DNA of 64,000 nt from an uncultured Nitrospinota bacterium (GCA_963707985.1 CAVPRW010000028.1:20135-84134); one strand, 5' to 3'. Numbered from the stretch's first letter, positions 41,224-51,924 are shown. Notes: generated by a model from the letters alone, not told the origin. Numbers and translations are program-made.

Positions 41224-42318
41224 ATGCGCAAGATACTGCATGTCATGCTGGGCATCGGTTTTTTACTGGGCTGCTTCGCAAACACAGGGGCGGAGATCGC
41301 ATCCAAGGCCAATACCCTGGAACGCATCACGCAGAGGCTTGTCGCTCCGCCGTTCCTGCCCGCGCATGAGCAAGTGGCGCAAGGGCCGCCCAAGGTGGTG
41401 CACGTGCGGATGGTGATCGAGGAGAAGCGCAGGCAGATCAGCCCGGATGGGGCCACGATCTGGGCCATGACCTTCAACGGGAGCGTCCCTGGGCCGATCA
41501 TCGTGGTGCATCAAGATGATTATGTGGAGCTGACGCTGGTCAACCCACAGACGAACACCTTGCTGCACAATATCGACTTTCACGCGGCGACAGGGGCTTT
41601 AGGTGGTGGGGACCTGACCCATGTCGCCCCGGGGCAGGAGGTTGTCCTGCGCTTCAGAGCGACCAAAGCGGGCGCCTTTGTCTACCATTGTGCTCCTGGC
41701 GGACCTATGATCCCGTGGCACGTGGTGTCGGGGATGAACGGGGCCATCATGGTGCTGCCGCGGGACGGCCTGCGAGATGCAGACGGGAATCCGGTCCGAT
41801 ACGACAAAGCCTACTATATCGGTGAGCAAGACTTTTACATCCCCAAAGACGCGAACGGCAAGTACAAGGAGTACCCGACGCCCCTCGCCGGCATGGGGGA
41901 TATGCTCGAAGTCATGAGGACCCTGACGCCTACGCATGTGGTATTCAACGGAGCCGTGGGCGCCCTCACAGGCGAGCATGCCCTCACGGCTCAGGTCGGG
42001 GAGCGGGTGTTGTTCATCCACGCTCAAGCCAATAGAGACACCCGCCCCCATCTGATCGGTGGACACGCTGACCTGATGTGGAGCGGCGGCTCCTTCAAGG
42101 ACAGGCCGGCAACGAATCTGGAGACATGGTTCGTGGCGGGGGGCTCGGCGGTAGCCGCGATGTATCAGTTTAGACAGCCCGGCCTATACGTCTATCTCAA
42201 TCACAACCTGATCGAAGCGATTGTGCTAGGCGCAGCAGCCCATATAAAAGTAGAAGGGGAATGGAATAACGATCTCATGGAACAGCTCCACAAGCCAGGG
42301 CCTATTAAGGAGCAGTGA
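41224..42318 (+). CDS. nirK: Copper-containing nitrite reductase
   Basis: Signal peptide; [39 protein letters not shown]. Confidence 0.95.
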   Translation: MRKILHVMLGIGFLLGCFANTGAEIASKANTLERITQRLVAPPFLPAHEQVAQGPPKVVHVRMVIEEKRRQISPDGATIWAMTFNGSVPGPIIVVHQDDYVELTLVNPQTNTLLHNIDFHAATGALGGGDLTHVAPGQEVVLRFRATKAGAFVYHCAPGGPMIPWHVVSGMNGAIMVLPRDGLRDADGNPVRYDKAYYIGEQDFYIPKDANGKYKEYPTPLAGMGDMLEVMRTLTPTHVVFNGAVGALTGEHALTAQVGERVLFIHAQANRDTRPHLIGGHADLMWSGGSFKDRPATNLETWFVAGGSAVAAMYQFRQPGLYVYLNHNLIEAIVLGAAAHIKVEGEWNNDLMEQLHKPGPIKEQ

Positions 42319-42386
42319 AAAACAAGAGGCACAACTGGGGTCAAACTCGGATGAACCAATCTCCCAGGTCTTGCTGCCCAATCCGC

Positions 42387-42463
42387 GCCGAACCAAAGCG
42401 TGCAGGCGACGGCATACAGTGTCCGCTAACGCTCCCGCTTCCCGCCGCGCCTGACGCGTGGCG
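42387..42463 (+). other. attC-like recombination site, interrupted at the R' core
   Basis: GCCGAAC-CAAA-GCGT(G)CAGGCG pairs perfectly with CGCCTGACGC apart from one extra base; followed by GTGGCG, then intron sequence. Confidence 0.75.
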
Positions 42464-42600
42464 GTGTGCCGGACATGGCACAGAACTCACGAGGTGCAAG
42501 TCCCCGTGCCAGGTGTAAGCGCAGCCGAAGGCGAGGAGAAGGGCAAGGGCGTCACCGCGAGGTGGGGTCTGAAGGAAGCGTGGAACGAACGTGCCAGGCA
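42464..42600 (+). ncRNA. Group IIC intron 5' fragment (domain I only)
   Basis: GTGTGCCGGACATGG start; GGTGCAAGTCCC; GCAAGGGCGTC...TCTGAAGGAAGCG, conserved IIC domain I motifs; no RT ORF or DV/DVI seen. Confidence 0.75.
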
Positions 42601-42958
42601 ACCTGTCCGCGAATAGCTGTCGCACTATGACAATGGCCCCGGCGTAGACCAGGCGCGTTGTCGGGAAAGTCCTCCTCACAGAGGCAGAGTTGCATTCACT
42701 TTTGTGAAAGTTGCATCTCCTTCTGGAAAATTGCAACTCCTCTTGTAACTGACACCAGAACCCTCTGCGATCGCTCTAAAAGATCTCCCAGGCGGTATAA
42801 TATCTGTCTAAAGATTGGCTGCCGATCGAGGACGCGCTGATGCGCACAGGCTATCTGTCCGCCGGCCATATACTGCTCGTTTGCATGGTGCTTTTTGAGG
42901 ACGGTGAGCCTCTGCTACCTCAGCCTTCGCAAAGGTCTTCGTCAGAATGGCGGCCAGC

Positions 42959-43285
42959 TTAGGAATGATGAGGAGAGGGAGGAGATTTTCTCACGCCTTC
43001 CATATAGGCGCGCAGGACCGCATTCATCCGGGTTTGATACCCTCGTCCCTGGGCGCGGAACCACTCCACAACCTCTTGATCGAAATAGGCCGTAATCCGT
43101 AGCTTCGGTTGACCAGGCCGTAAAATCATCGCGCGTTGCAGCCATTCCGGCTCAGGCTCAAAGGTGTCGGGGTCCTCCGTTATCGCCTGGGCGATATCCT
43201 CGTCTGTGAGGGCGTCCACCCGCTTCCAGTCGGTTTGGCCCTTACCGCCCTGTCCCAAAGACGTCTTGGTAATCTTGTCGTTCAT
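42959..43285 (-). CDS. brnA: BrnA antitoxin (DUF4415)
   Basis: TDWKRVDALTDEDI; DQEVVEWFRAQGRGYQTRMNAVLRAY. Confidence 0.9.
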   Translation of the reverse strand: MNDKITKTSLGQGGKGQTDWKRVDALTDEDIAQAITEDPDTFEPEPEWLQRAMILRPGQPKLRITAYFDQEVVEWFRAQGRGYQTRMNAVLRAYMEGVRKSPPSPHHS

Positions 43286-43523
43286 GTCTCCGTGCCCTCC
43301 GTGCACTAATCAACCGGCGAGCTTCGCCTCGCCAAGTGAATACCACGGCGATAATTCGGCCTTCTAGCACGCCATACGCGATATGCCGCTGTTCCCCGTG
43401 TTCTTGCTGCTCCGAGGGAACCTCCAAGACTTCGCCTTGCCAAATTTCCTTGGCATCGAGGAAATCAATCCCATGCTTGCTGAGGTTCTCGAGGCGTTTT
43501 TGTTCGTACCATTCAAACAGCAT
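43242..43523 (-). CDS. brnT: BrnT toxin (DUF497)
   Basis: FEW...NLSKHGIDF...GEQR...RLISARRA. Confidence 0.9.
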   Translation of the reverse strand: MLFEWYEQKRLENLSKHGIDFLDAKEIWQGEVLEVPSEQQEHGEQRHIAYGVLEGRIIAVVFTWRGEARRLISARRARRHERQDYQDVFGTGR

Positions 43524-43646
43524 ATATGCATATTATCCATATATTATACATACAATAGGAGGGGCGGTAAAGAGGGGGAGTTAAGAAAATTCCCGCCAGT
43601 CATCCCACTGCGGGAGTTGTGGCGCATTAATGTGGGGAAACAAGCC

Positions 43647-44629
43647 GGCTCGTGTGTAACTAGAGTGCACCGAGCGACCATGCACACACATCCGTTGAAT
43701 CAGCGTGGGTGTGACGCGTTTCGTATTGACCATGGCTTCATATGTCGCCACATAGAGATGCAGGTATCGCTTATGGACTCCACGGAAGGCGCGCAGAGAG
43801 GTCCGAAGCGCTGCGCCTGCCCCCTCGCAGGTGTTGCAGTGCACCTCACGTTGGCCATCTCCATCATCATCCCGCGCCCACTCGTGCACGCCGTGGCGGA
43901 CAGTCGCGTGGTTGGGATGGCTCCTGCGATAGCTCTGCCACTCATCGGTGTAGAGCCACGTGCTGCCCATAGGGATATTCTCCGCGATCAGCGCCGCGCA
44001 GGTGCGCGTATTGGCATGCTCACAGACCCACAAGCGTTGCTCCCCCGTCTCGCGCGAGATCAGACTGATGATGGGGGGACGATCATTGGCGTAGGTCCCG
44101 TGGCCTTTCCGCTTATTGGCGCGCCGCCGGGGAGGATCGGTGGGGTCTGGATGCAGGGTGCTTTTTTTCCCCCGCGTTTTGGTACAGCTCATCGGCTTCA
44201 AAGGCGGTGCCCACCATCACGGCCGTCGGGGCCGTCTCATCCAGGTTGGCCTGCATACGCTGCCGGAGCGTATGGAGTTGTTTGCGTGAGAGACCTAACT
44301 CGCGAGCGAGGCGGGCCGTCGACTCGCCCTTCGCCACTCCACGGAGTAACAACACCAAGGTCGCCGGGCGCTGCCGGGTTTTCGCGAAGATGGTTCCCGT
44401 CAACAGGGTGTAGTAGCCATCACAGGCCCGACAGGGGTAGGCAGGAAAATGCCCTTGGTTACGGAACACACGCCGCTCAGCGTGCCCACAGGGCGGGCAG
44501 GTGAGGCCATCCAGGTGGAGATACTGTTCGAGCCAAAACGTGCAAACGCTGTCATCCAGTAACTCGTCGATCGGAAAGTCTATCATATCGTAAGGATATC
44601 ACAGCTAGCACGCTGGCTACACATGAGCC
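43647..44629 (-). mobile_element. IS1595-family insertion sequence; transposase split in two frames at GGGGAAAAAAAG (~44165)
   Basis: 22-bp inverted repeats GGCTCGTGTGTAACTAGAGTGC and GGCTCATGTGTAGCCAGCGTGC (18/22); Zn finger, EADELY, YTDEW, VHCNTCEG. Confidence 0.85.
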
Positions 44630-44762
44630 GCCGTTTTAATCCCGCAGCGCACCGACGTGCCCATTAGGCCATATAGTGGTTAAAAATAGTTTCGTTTATT
44701 TTTTTTGTTGCATATATTTCGTTTATATAGCATCCTGAACCAGAAGAAAGGGGGTAAACACC

Positions 44763-45230
44763 ATGACCTCACTGGCTTACACCACGCACGAGCCTGTCGC
44801 GCCCACCGAGACCGAGGCCTTACTGGCGCGCGCAACCAGCCGGCTGCTCGCCAACCATGTCAGAACCAAGCAGGATTTGCGTATTCGCATCATGGACGAT
44901 GAAAGGGCCGGGGACATCCTGTCGCTGCCGGCATCTGCTGTGCGGCTGCTGCTCGATATCCTGACTGAAATGGCCCAGGGGAACGCCATTACCCTGATCC
45001 CCGTCCATGCGGAACTGACCACCCAGCAGGCCGCCGATCTCCTGAACGTCTCACGTCCCTATCTGGTGAGCCTGCTCGATGACGGGAAAATTCCCCATCG
45101 CAAAGTCGGTACGCATCGGCGTGTCCTGTTTCAAGACCTGATGGCCTACAAGAAACGCATCGACCACGCGCGCGAACAGGTCCTTGACCAATTGGTGGAG
45201 GAGGCGCAGGAGCTGGATATGGGGTATTAG
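44763..45230 (+). CDS. Excisionase-type HTH protein (putative antitoxin)
   Basis: ELTTQQAADLLNVSRPYLVSLLDDGKIPHRKVGTHRRV. Confidence 0.85.
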   Translation: MTSLAYTTHEPVAPTETEALLARATSRLLANHVRTKQDLRIRIMDDERAGDILSLPASAVRLLLDILTEMAQGNAITLIPVHAELTTQQAADLLNVSRPYLVSLLDDGKIPHRKVGTHRRVLFQDLMAYKKRIDHAREQVLDQLVEEAQELDMGY

Positions 45231-45232
45231 GC

Positions 45233-45802
45233 GTGGCGTCGTTCACCGCGCTGTATGATGCCTGTGTCCTGTATCCCGCACCGCTGCGGGATGTGCTGAT
45301 GCAGATGGCCCTGACCGACCTCTACCAGGCCAAGTGGTGCCACATGATTCATGACGAATGGATGCGGAATCTCCTGCGCAACAGACCTGATCTGACCCGC
45401 GAACGGCTTGAACGCACCCGTGAGCGCATGGATGCCCACACCCGCGATTGTCTGATCATCGGGTTTGAAGATTTGATCGACACGCTAGAACTGCCGGATC
45501 CTGGCGACCGCCACGTTCTGGCGGCGGCCATTCACGGTCGGGCGGATGTGATCGTCACCTATAATCTGCCGCATTTTCCACCTGAGCCTCTCGCTAGGTA
45601 CGGCATCGAGGCCCAGCATCCCGATGCGTTCCTCACCCATCTGATTGACCTGGCTCCAGGGCCTGTCTGCGCCGCGGCCCGGACACACCGGCTGCGGCTG
45701 AAGAACCCCCCAAAGACCGTCACCGAATATCTGGAAACCCTGGAGCATCAATCCCTTTCACAATTCGTGGCGCATCTGCGCGCATTCGAAGCGCTGCTGT
45801 GA
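45233..45802 (+). CDS. PIN-domain protein (putative toxin)
   Basis: LYDACVLYP; IHDEW; DPGDRHVLAAA; IVTYNLPHF. Confidence 0.87.
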   Translation: MASFTALYDACVLYPAPLRDVLMQMALTDLYQAKWCHMIHDEWMRNLLRNRPDLTRERLERTRERMDAHTRDCLIIGFEDLIDTLELPDPGDRHVLAAAIHGRADVIVTYNLPHFPPEPLARYGIEAQHPDAFLTHLIDLAPGPVCAAARTHRLRLKNPPKTVTEYLETLEHQSLSQFVAHLRAFEALL

Positions 45803-46151
45803 CCCTCTTCGAAACACCCCGATCGTGAGCGTACCAAATTGCCGTCAGTCTCCACCCCCGTGTACGCTTGATAATCCCGTTTATCTGGTTTGGGATGGCG
45901 CACAATCCTGACCCCGCTTTTGGACCGGCCCCCATGCTCAGTGCCAGGGACCAACGTCTCCGTGCCACTCAGATGGCCCAGGAAGGCATCCAGCCATTAC
46001 TCGACGTCGGCATCTCATTCAAGCGCGTGGCCGAAGCCTACGCCGCCGCGACGGTGACACTGGTGCTGCAAGCACGCTGACATCGAGGACGTCCAAGACC
46101 TACTAGTGAGTCCGCACATGATGCTGGACCAGCACGAGAAGACCAAGCGCT

Positions 46152-46926
46152 ATGACCACGCCGGCCCCTAACGCCCTGACTCCGATCCTGCCAGTGCAGC
46201 TGACCGCCGCCTAATTCCAGGATTTGGCGGAGATTCCTCCGGAACTCGAATGGTTCGCCAATCTCACTAACCCGAACACCCGCCGCGCCTACCAGCAGGA
46301 CATCAAAGACTTTTAGGTCTTCGCAGGCCTGCGGCAGCCGGAAGAGTTCCGGCACGTGACCGGCGCCCATGTGATTGCCTGGCGTCAGCAGCTCACTCGG
46401 CAAGGCCTCGCCAACGATACCATCCGGCGCAAACTTGCCGCCCTCTCCTCGCTCAATGCCTACCTGTGTGACCGTCACGCGGTCCTGCATACCCTCCCTT
46501 ACTGGGGGAGAAGCCGCCGCCCTTGGTGAACCGCGCAGGGGTGACGCCGGCGCTTGGCGACCACCAGGCGCGGATGCTCCCGCAAGTCCCGCCCGCCGGC
46601 GGAGACACTGAAAGGGAAACGGGACCGCGCGATGCTGGCCACGCTGCTGTATCACGGGCTACGGTGCGAGGAGCTCTGCACGTTCAAGGTAGGAACCATC
46701 TAGCAGCGGGAAGGGGGACAAGGTGCGCTATCTGCCGCTACATGTCCTGGCGCAGCGGCTCATCATCGCCTACCTGGAGGCCTCCGGCCATGCCGGCGAC
46801 CTCCACGGGCTGCTGTTCCGGCCGCTCAAAAACAACCGCACCAGAACCCTGACCAAGCTCGTGCACCCGGCATCCGTGTATCGGACCACCATGGAGCGCT
46901 ACGCCGAGGGAGCAAGAAGCAGGTAA
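46152..46926 (+). pseudogene. Tyrosine recombinase remnant
   Basis: PELEWFANLTNPNTRRAY...TIRRKLAALSSL; RDRAMLATLLYHGLR; stops and frameshifts, C-terminus missing. Confidence 0.75.
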
Positions 46927-46954
46927 CGGGCAGGATACTCACGGCCTCTGGTAC

Positions 46955-48217
46955 TTATCGTCCCACGACCACTGGAATACCGGGGGCCGCGCCCTTGACA
47001 ATCCGTCCAGCCTTGATGACACCAGTGATGCGCTCAGCTTGCTGCAACACGCGGATGTCGGCGAGTGGGTCCCCTTGCACCAGGATGACGTCAGCCCACT
47101 TGCCGGCCTCGAGCGTGCCCGTATGCTCGGAAATGCCGATGGCGTCAGCGGCGACACGCGTCGTGACCATCAGGGCCTCAGCCGTCGAGAGACCGTTTTG
47201 CGTCAGCAGTTCGAGCTCCAGAGCATTCTTGCCGGCAACGTTGAACGGCGTGCCACAATCAGTTCCCATGGCAATCTTGACGCCCACCTCATGGGCGTGA
47301 CGCACGCTCTCTTTATGACGTTCCATCACCAGATTGGATTTCTGCACCGCGTATGCCGGGATGCCGCTGGCCGTGCCTCCAGCGCAGATATGGAACGGCG
47401 CCACCATCGTGGGGACATAATACGTGCCATGTTCTCGCATCAGAGCAATCGCTTCGTCGTCGAGCAAGGTGCCATGCTCGACCGTGTCCAGGCCCGCCCT
47501 GATGGCCTCCTTCACACCCGCCGCGCCGTGACAATGCCCAGCGACCCGGCGGCCCAGTTGATGTGCCTGCGCGATCGCCGCCTGCAACTCGTCGGGTGCC
47601 CACTGTAACACGCCAACGTCCGAGCCATCGGTCATGACCCCGCCGGTGACCAGCAATTTGATCACATCGGCCCGCATCTTGATGAGCTCGCGCACCGCCC
47701 GTCTGGCCGCCTCAGGGCCGTTGATGAGGCCATCGCGCTCAACATGCACTTCCGGCCGAAAATAGCTGTCGCCGTGGCCACCAGGGACGCTCAACGAGTG
47801 GCCGGCGGCGTAAATCCGGGGGCCTGGGACCAAGCCATCCTCGATCGCCTGGCGCAAGGCGATATTGCCATAGCCCATAGCGCCGACGTCGCGCACCGTA
47901 GTAAACCCCATGTCTAGCATGATTTTGGCATTGGCCGCACCGCGAATCGCCGTGTAGGGGAGTAGCTCCTTCAGGCCGCGGGTCGCATAATCGGCAGCCC
48001 CCGAGGACAGCAGATGCACATGACAATCCATCATCCCCGGCATGACGAACTGTCCCGCCGCGTCGATCACCTGTACATCGCGGCCGCCGGTGGCAATGGC
48101 TGACGCCGGGCCAACGGCCGTGATGCGGTCGTCTTCGAGGCAGACGACGCCGTTACGAATGACCTCACCATGGATCGCATCGAAGACGGTCCCGCCGACG
48201 ATTTGCCTCTGGGCCAT
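46955..48217 (-). CDS. Amidohydrolase family protein (Xaa-Pro dipeptidase-like)
   Basis: PGMMDCHVH; GFTTVRDVG; GHCHG; VEHG; MGTDCG; GKWAD. Confidence 0.92.
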   Translation of the reverse strand: MAQRQIVGGTVFDAIHGEVIRNGVVCLEDDRITAVGPASAIATGGRDVQVIDAAGQFVMPGMMDCHVHLLSSGAADYATRGLKELLPYTAIRGAANAKIMLDMGFTTVRDVGAMGYGNIALRQAIEDGLVPGPRIYAAGHSLSVPGGHGDSYFRPEVHVERDGLINGPEAARRAVRELIKMRADVIKLLVTGGVMTDGSDVGVLQWAPDELQAAIAQAHQLGRRVAGHCHGAAGVKEAIRAGLDTVEHGTLLDDEAIALMREHGTYYVPTMVAPFHICAGGTASGIPAYAVQKSNLVMERHKESVRHAHEVGVKIAMGTDCGTPFNVAGKNALELELLTQNGLSTAEALMVTTRVAADAIGISEHTGTLEAGKWADVILVQGDPLADIRVLQQAERITGVIKAGRIVKGAAPGIPVVVGR

Positions 48218-48233
48218 GATTAGTACCCTCTTC

Positions 48234-48593
48234 TCATTCCCGAGGCAGGGACTCCTCCCTCAGCGCCTGAGCAATCAGGGGTCTAAGCTCCGGGACAAAA
48301 CGAGTCGCTGTCTCCCACACAATTTCCAAATCTAACCCGAAGTATCCGTGAATAAGCTTATCCCGCATTCCAGCCATCTTTGTCCATGTAACCCTCGGAT
48401 GCCTGCGCCGGACTGACGCGGGGATGTGCTTTGTAGCTTCACCGATGATTTCAAAAGCTCGAACAACTGCAAAGGACGTCCTATCATCCGCTAAAAATTG
48501 CTCAAAGTCCATCCCTTCGATAAAGCGTTCCACCTTGTCCATTGTCTCCAGAATATCTTGCAGGTAGTCACGGAATTCTCGTTCGGGTTTCAT
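48234..48593 (-). CDS. hepT: HEPN (DUF86) RNase toxin
   Basis: [16 protein letters not shown] (Rx4HxY). Confidence 0.9.
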   Translation of the reverse strand: MKPEREFRDYLQDILETMDKVERFIEGMDFEQFLADDRTSFAVVRAFEIIGEATKHIPASVRRRHPRVTWTKMAGMRDKLIHGYFGLDLEIVWETATRFVPELRPLIAQALREESLPRE

Positions 48594-48916
48594 ACCGGGC
48601 GGACCTCTCTCAGAATCCGTTTGCCGATCTCACCCTTGAGTGCACGTCGCGTAACCAAGTCCACTTTGACTCCGAGCAATCCCTTGAGGTGATGCTCAAA
48701 GTCGATGAATTCCGGGATCGTTGGGGGTTGGTCAAACTCCACCAACAGGTCTAAGTCACTCCGCGGTTTCTGTTCCCCGCGCACATAGGAGCCGAACACC
48801 CCTAGCGTGCGTACCCCATAGTGCTCGCGCAGCTCGGGTAGATGCACACGTAAAGTGCGCAAGCACATCGTCAAGCGTTGGTCGCTGGCGCTGAGGCTTG
48901 CTCTGGCTTCGCTCAT
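48590..48916 (-). CDS. mntA: Minimal nucleotidyltransferase antitoxin
   Basis: [26 protein letters not shown]. Confidence 0.9.
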   Translation of the reverse strand: MSEARASLSASDQRLTMCLRTLRVHLPELREHYGVRTLGVFGSYVRGEQKPRSDLDLLVEFDQPPTIPEFIDFEHHLKGLLGVKVDLVTRRALKGEIGKRILREVRPV

Positions 48917-48931
48917 AAGGCCTCCCAGAGT

Positions 48932-50102
48932 TTAATACGACCGCGGCATGCCGAGCACATGCTGTCCGACATAGGCCAGGACCAGGTTGTTGTTGATGGG
49001 TGCGGTCTTGTACAGGCGCGATTCGCGGAACTTGCGTTCGACGTCGAACTCGGTCGCAAAGCCATAGCCGCCGTGGCAATCGAGGCAGGCGTTGGCGGCC
49101 TCCCAAGCGGCCTCAGCCGTCAGGTATTTGGCCATATTGGCTTCGGCGCCACAGGGTTCTCCGGCATCGAACAGGGCCGCGGCCTTCAGGCGCATGAGGT
49201 CGGCGGCCTCGACGGCCATATGCGCCTTGGCAATGGGAAATTGCACACCCTGGTTGGCGCCGATGGGCTTATCGAAGATCACCCGCTCTTTCGAATACTT
49301 CACCGCCTTCTCGATAAACCAGCGGCCGTCGCCGAGCGACTCCGAGGCGATGAGGATGCGCTCGGCGTTCATACCGTCCAGGATATAGGCGAAGCCTTTG
49401 CCCTCCTCGCCGATGAGGCTGTCGGCGGGAATCACCACGTTATCGAAAAAGAGAGAGGTAGTATGATGATTTAACATCGTGCGCAGTGGCTGTACGGTGA
49501 GTCCATTCAGGCCGCGGATGTCGATCAGGAACACCGACAACCCCTCGGTGCGCCGCCGCACCTCACTGAGCGGTGTCGTACGCGCCAGCAGGAGCATGAG
49601 GTCGGACTGCAGAACACGCGAGATGAAGATCTTCTGGCCATTGACCACATAGGTATCACCATCGTGCACCGCGGTGGTCTGAAGCTTGGTGGTGTCAGAG
49701 CCGGAGTTAGGCTCGGTCACGCCGAAAGCTTGTAAGCGCAAGGCACCACTGGCAATCTTTGGCAGGTAGCGGGCTTTCTGCACCTCAGAGCCATGGCGCA
49801 ACACCGTCCCCATGATATACATCTGGGCGTGGCAGGCGGCAGCATTGCCCCCCGAACGATTGATTTCTTCGAGGATCAGGCCCGCGTCCAGAATGCCCAG
49901 GCCCCCGCCACCGTACTGCTCAGGGATGAGCGCCGACAGGTAACCCGCCTTGGTGAGCTCTTGCACGAAGGCTTCGGGGTAGGTACGTGTCTCATCGAGC
50001 TGCACGCCAATACTCGCTAGGATACAGCTTACACAGATCATAGACAGCCTTCTTTAGCACGTGCTGTTGCTCGGTGAGTGAGATGCGGATCTCGGCCATC
50101 AT
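48932..50102 (-). CDS. Acyl-CoA dehydrogenase (apparent +1 base at ~50003)
   Basis: True N-terminus MMAEIRISLTEQQHVLKKAVYDLCKLYPSEYWR shifts into QLDETRTYPEAF; FGVTEPNSGSD; GGYGF. Confidence 0.88.
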
Positions 50103-50295
50103 CGACTCCTGGTAAACGTTTCTTGTGGGTGCTGCCGCCTCGTATGAGATAGAGTGATGGTGGACTTGAGCAGCCCAGCTCCTCCCGACTCATAGACGGT
50201 CGGCAGCTGGCTTGATGACGCTGGCGAAGTGCTCCATACGCTCCAGACTCTCGTTCAAAGCCTCGCTGAGGGCATGCGACAGATGGCAGACCGTC

Positions 50296-51381
50296 TCAGC
50301 CGCTGTGCCGAATATGGACGACGTCGCCATCTTGAACCAGGTAGTCTTTGCCCTCCAGGCGCAGCGTGCCCTTGGCCCGGGCTTTGGCTTCCGAACCCGC
50401 CTCCAGGAGTGCATCCCAGCGGATGACCTCGGCTCGGATAAAGTGCTTTTCCAGATCGGTATGAATGGCGCCGGCAGCCTCTACAGCTCGTGAGCCACGG
50501 GGGATTGTCCAGGCGCGGCATTCGTCATCTCCCACGGTGAAGAATGAGATCAGCCCCAAGAGCTCGTAACTCTTGCGGATCAATCGCACCAGACCGCTCT
50601 CCGGTATATCGTAGCTGGTGAGGAAGTCAGTGGCTTCATCGTCGCTCATCTCGGCGAGCTCGGCCTCGACTTTGGCGCAGACGACGGCAACTCCGGCGTT
50701 TGGACGCGACGCGACTTCGGCCAGCTTATACGTCTCTGGCGCTTGCGCCAGATCGCGCCCAAGATCGGCGCTTTCGCCGATGTTGAGCACATAGAGCACC
50801 GGTTTTTGGCTCAAAAACATAAAGCTGCGCAGGCGTTTCTCGTCCGCGGGGGCGAGCTCCAGCTCACGTAGCGGGCGCTCGCTTTCGAGTTGGGCTTTAC
50901 AGTGCTGGAGCAGCTCATGTTCCTTCACCAGCTCCGGCGCGTGCATCCGTTTCAGATCTTTTTCCAGGCGCTCCAGACGCTTCTCAATCTGTCCGAGATC
51001 GCTGAGCATCAGATCGAAGTCGACGTTGCGGACGTCACGCAGGGGGTCGATGCTCTCCCCGTGTGGCATGGCTGGATCCTCGAAGGCGCGGATCACATGG
51101 GCCAGGGCATCGACAGTGCGTAGGGTTGCGAGGTAGGCTGTCTCTTTCAGCGCCTCCTGACCGACGGCGGCCACGTCGACGTATTCCATTGAGGTATGGG
51201 TGAGCTTACGAGGATTGTACAGAGCTGACAGTCGGTCGAGACGCTCGTCCGGCACCCTGGCGACTCCTAGGTGCACCTCACGCGGGTTGGCGTGTCGGCG
51301 CTCATCCAGCGGCGTTTTCGTCAACATTCTAAATAACGATGTTTTACCTACCTGCGGCAGACCGATGATTCCTGTTTTCAT
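50296..51381 (-). CDS. ychF: Redox-regulated ATPase YchF
   Basis: GIIGLPQVGKT; LISFFTVG; AGAIHTD; FIRAEV; EGKDYLVQDGD. Confidence 0.93.
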   Translation of the reverse strand: MKTGIIGLPQVGKTSLFRMLTKTPLDERRHANPREVHLGVARVPDERLDRLSALYNPRKLTHTSMEYVDVAAVGQEALKETAYLATLRTVDALAHVIRAFEDPAMPHGESIDPLRDVRNVDFDLMLSDLGQIEKRLERLEKDLKRMHAPELVKEHELLQHCKAQLESERPLRELELAPADEKRLRSFMFLSQKPVLYVLNIGESADLGRDLAQAPETYKLAEVASRPNAGVAVVCAKVEAELAEMSDDEATDFLTSYDIPESGLVRLIRKSYELLGLISFFTVGDDECRAWTIPRGSRAVEAAGAIHTDLEKHFIRAEVIRWDALLEAGSEAKARAKGTLRLEGKDYLVQDGDVVHIRHSG

Positions 51382-51924
51382 GAATTTTTCTCGCTGATTG
51401 ACGGAGGTATAGTTTGGTCCGCAGCATGCGATCGTCACAAAAAAAGTCTCACGACCAGCAACGTGCGGCCAACAGGAGGGGAGTCACGCCACGGAGGAGA
51501 ATACCGCTGCCTCAAGACGAGGCGACAGCACACACATCCTCAAAGACCATTGCTGGCGGATAAAAATGACTCAGTCCTGCGGCTACAGTAGCATCAGCGT
51601 CCTCAGATATCAAGCCCGATCTCGTGAGCTGTGACCGCCGGCAAACTGGCACTGTCGAAGACAGAATGCTATGCTTAGAGCCGATTTTTGGATCGGAGGT
51701 TGAGCCGAGAGCCGAGCCAGATCCGCGGTTGTATCGCCCTCGCCCACCTATGACCGCATCGGCCATTCGTCACCCTTGGCTGGGAATCGATGATGACACC
51801 TTCCATGAATTCGAAGCGTTCAACACGCGAGGGCGCTGCTTCCGGTTGAATTTCTAGCTTGCATCAGGCGTCATCATGAGCTCAAGTCCTCATGCGACTC
51901 ATCTGCTCAGCACCGGAGCCGCCT

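Larger units (their letters stand above)
36290..42754. mobile_element. Tn402/Tn5053-family transposon (defective)
   Basis: Ends TGTCAGTTACAGAAGTAAATGCAAC (36290) and inverse TGTCAGTTACAAGAGGAGTTGCAAT (42754); internal ~19-21-bp ...TGCAA(C/T)T repeats (4 left, 3 right); tniA-tniB-tniQ module; no 5-bp target duplication. Confidence 0.88.

Noticed and set aside
43644..44632. Target-site duplication of the IS1595-like element
   Set aside because: Only a 3-bp GCC match, which could be chance
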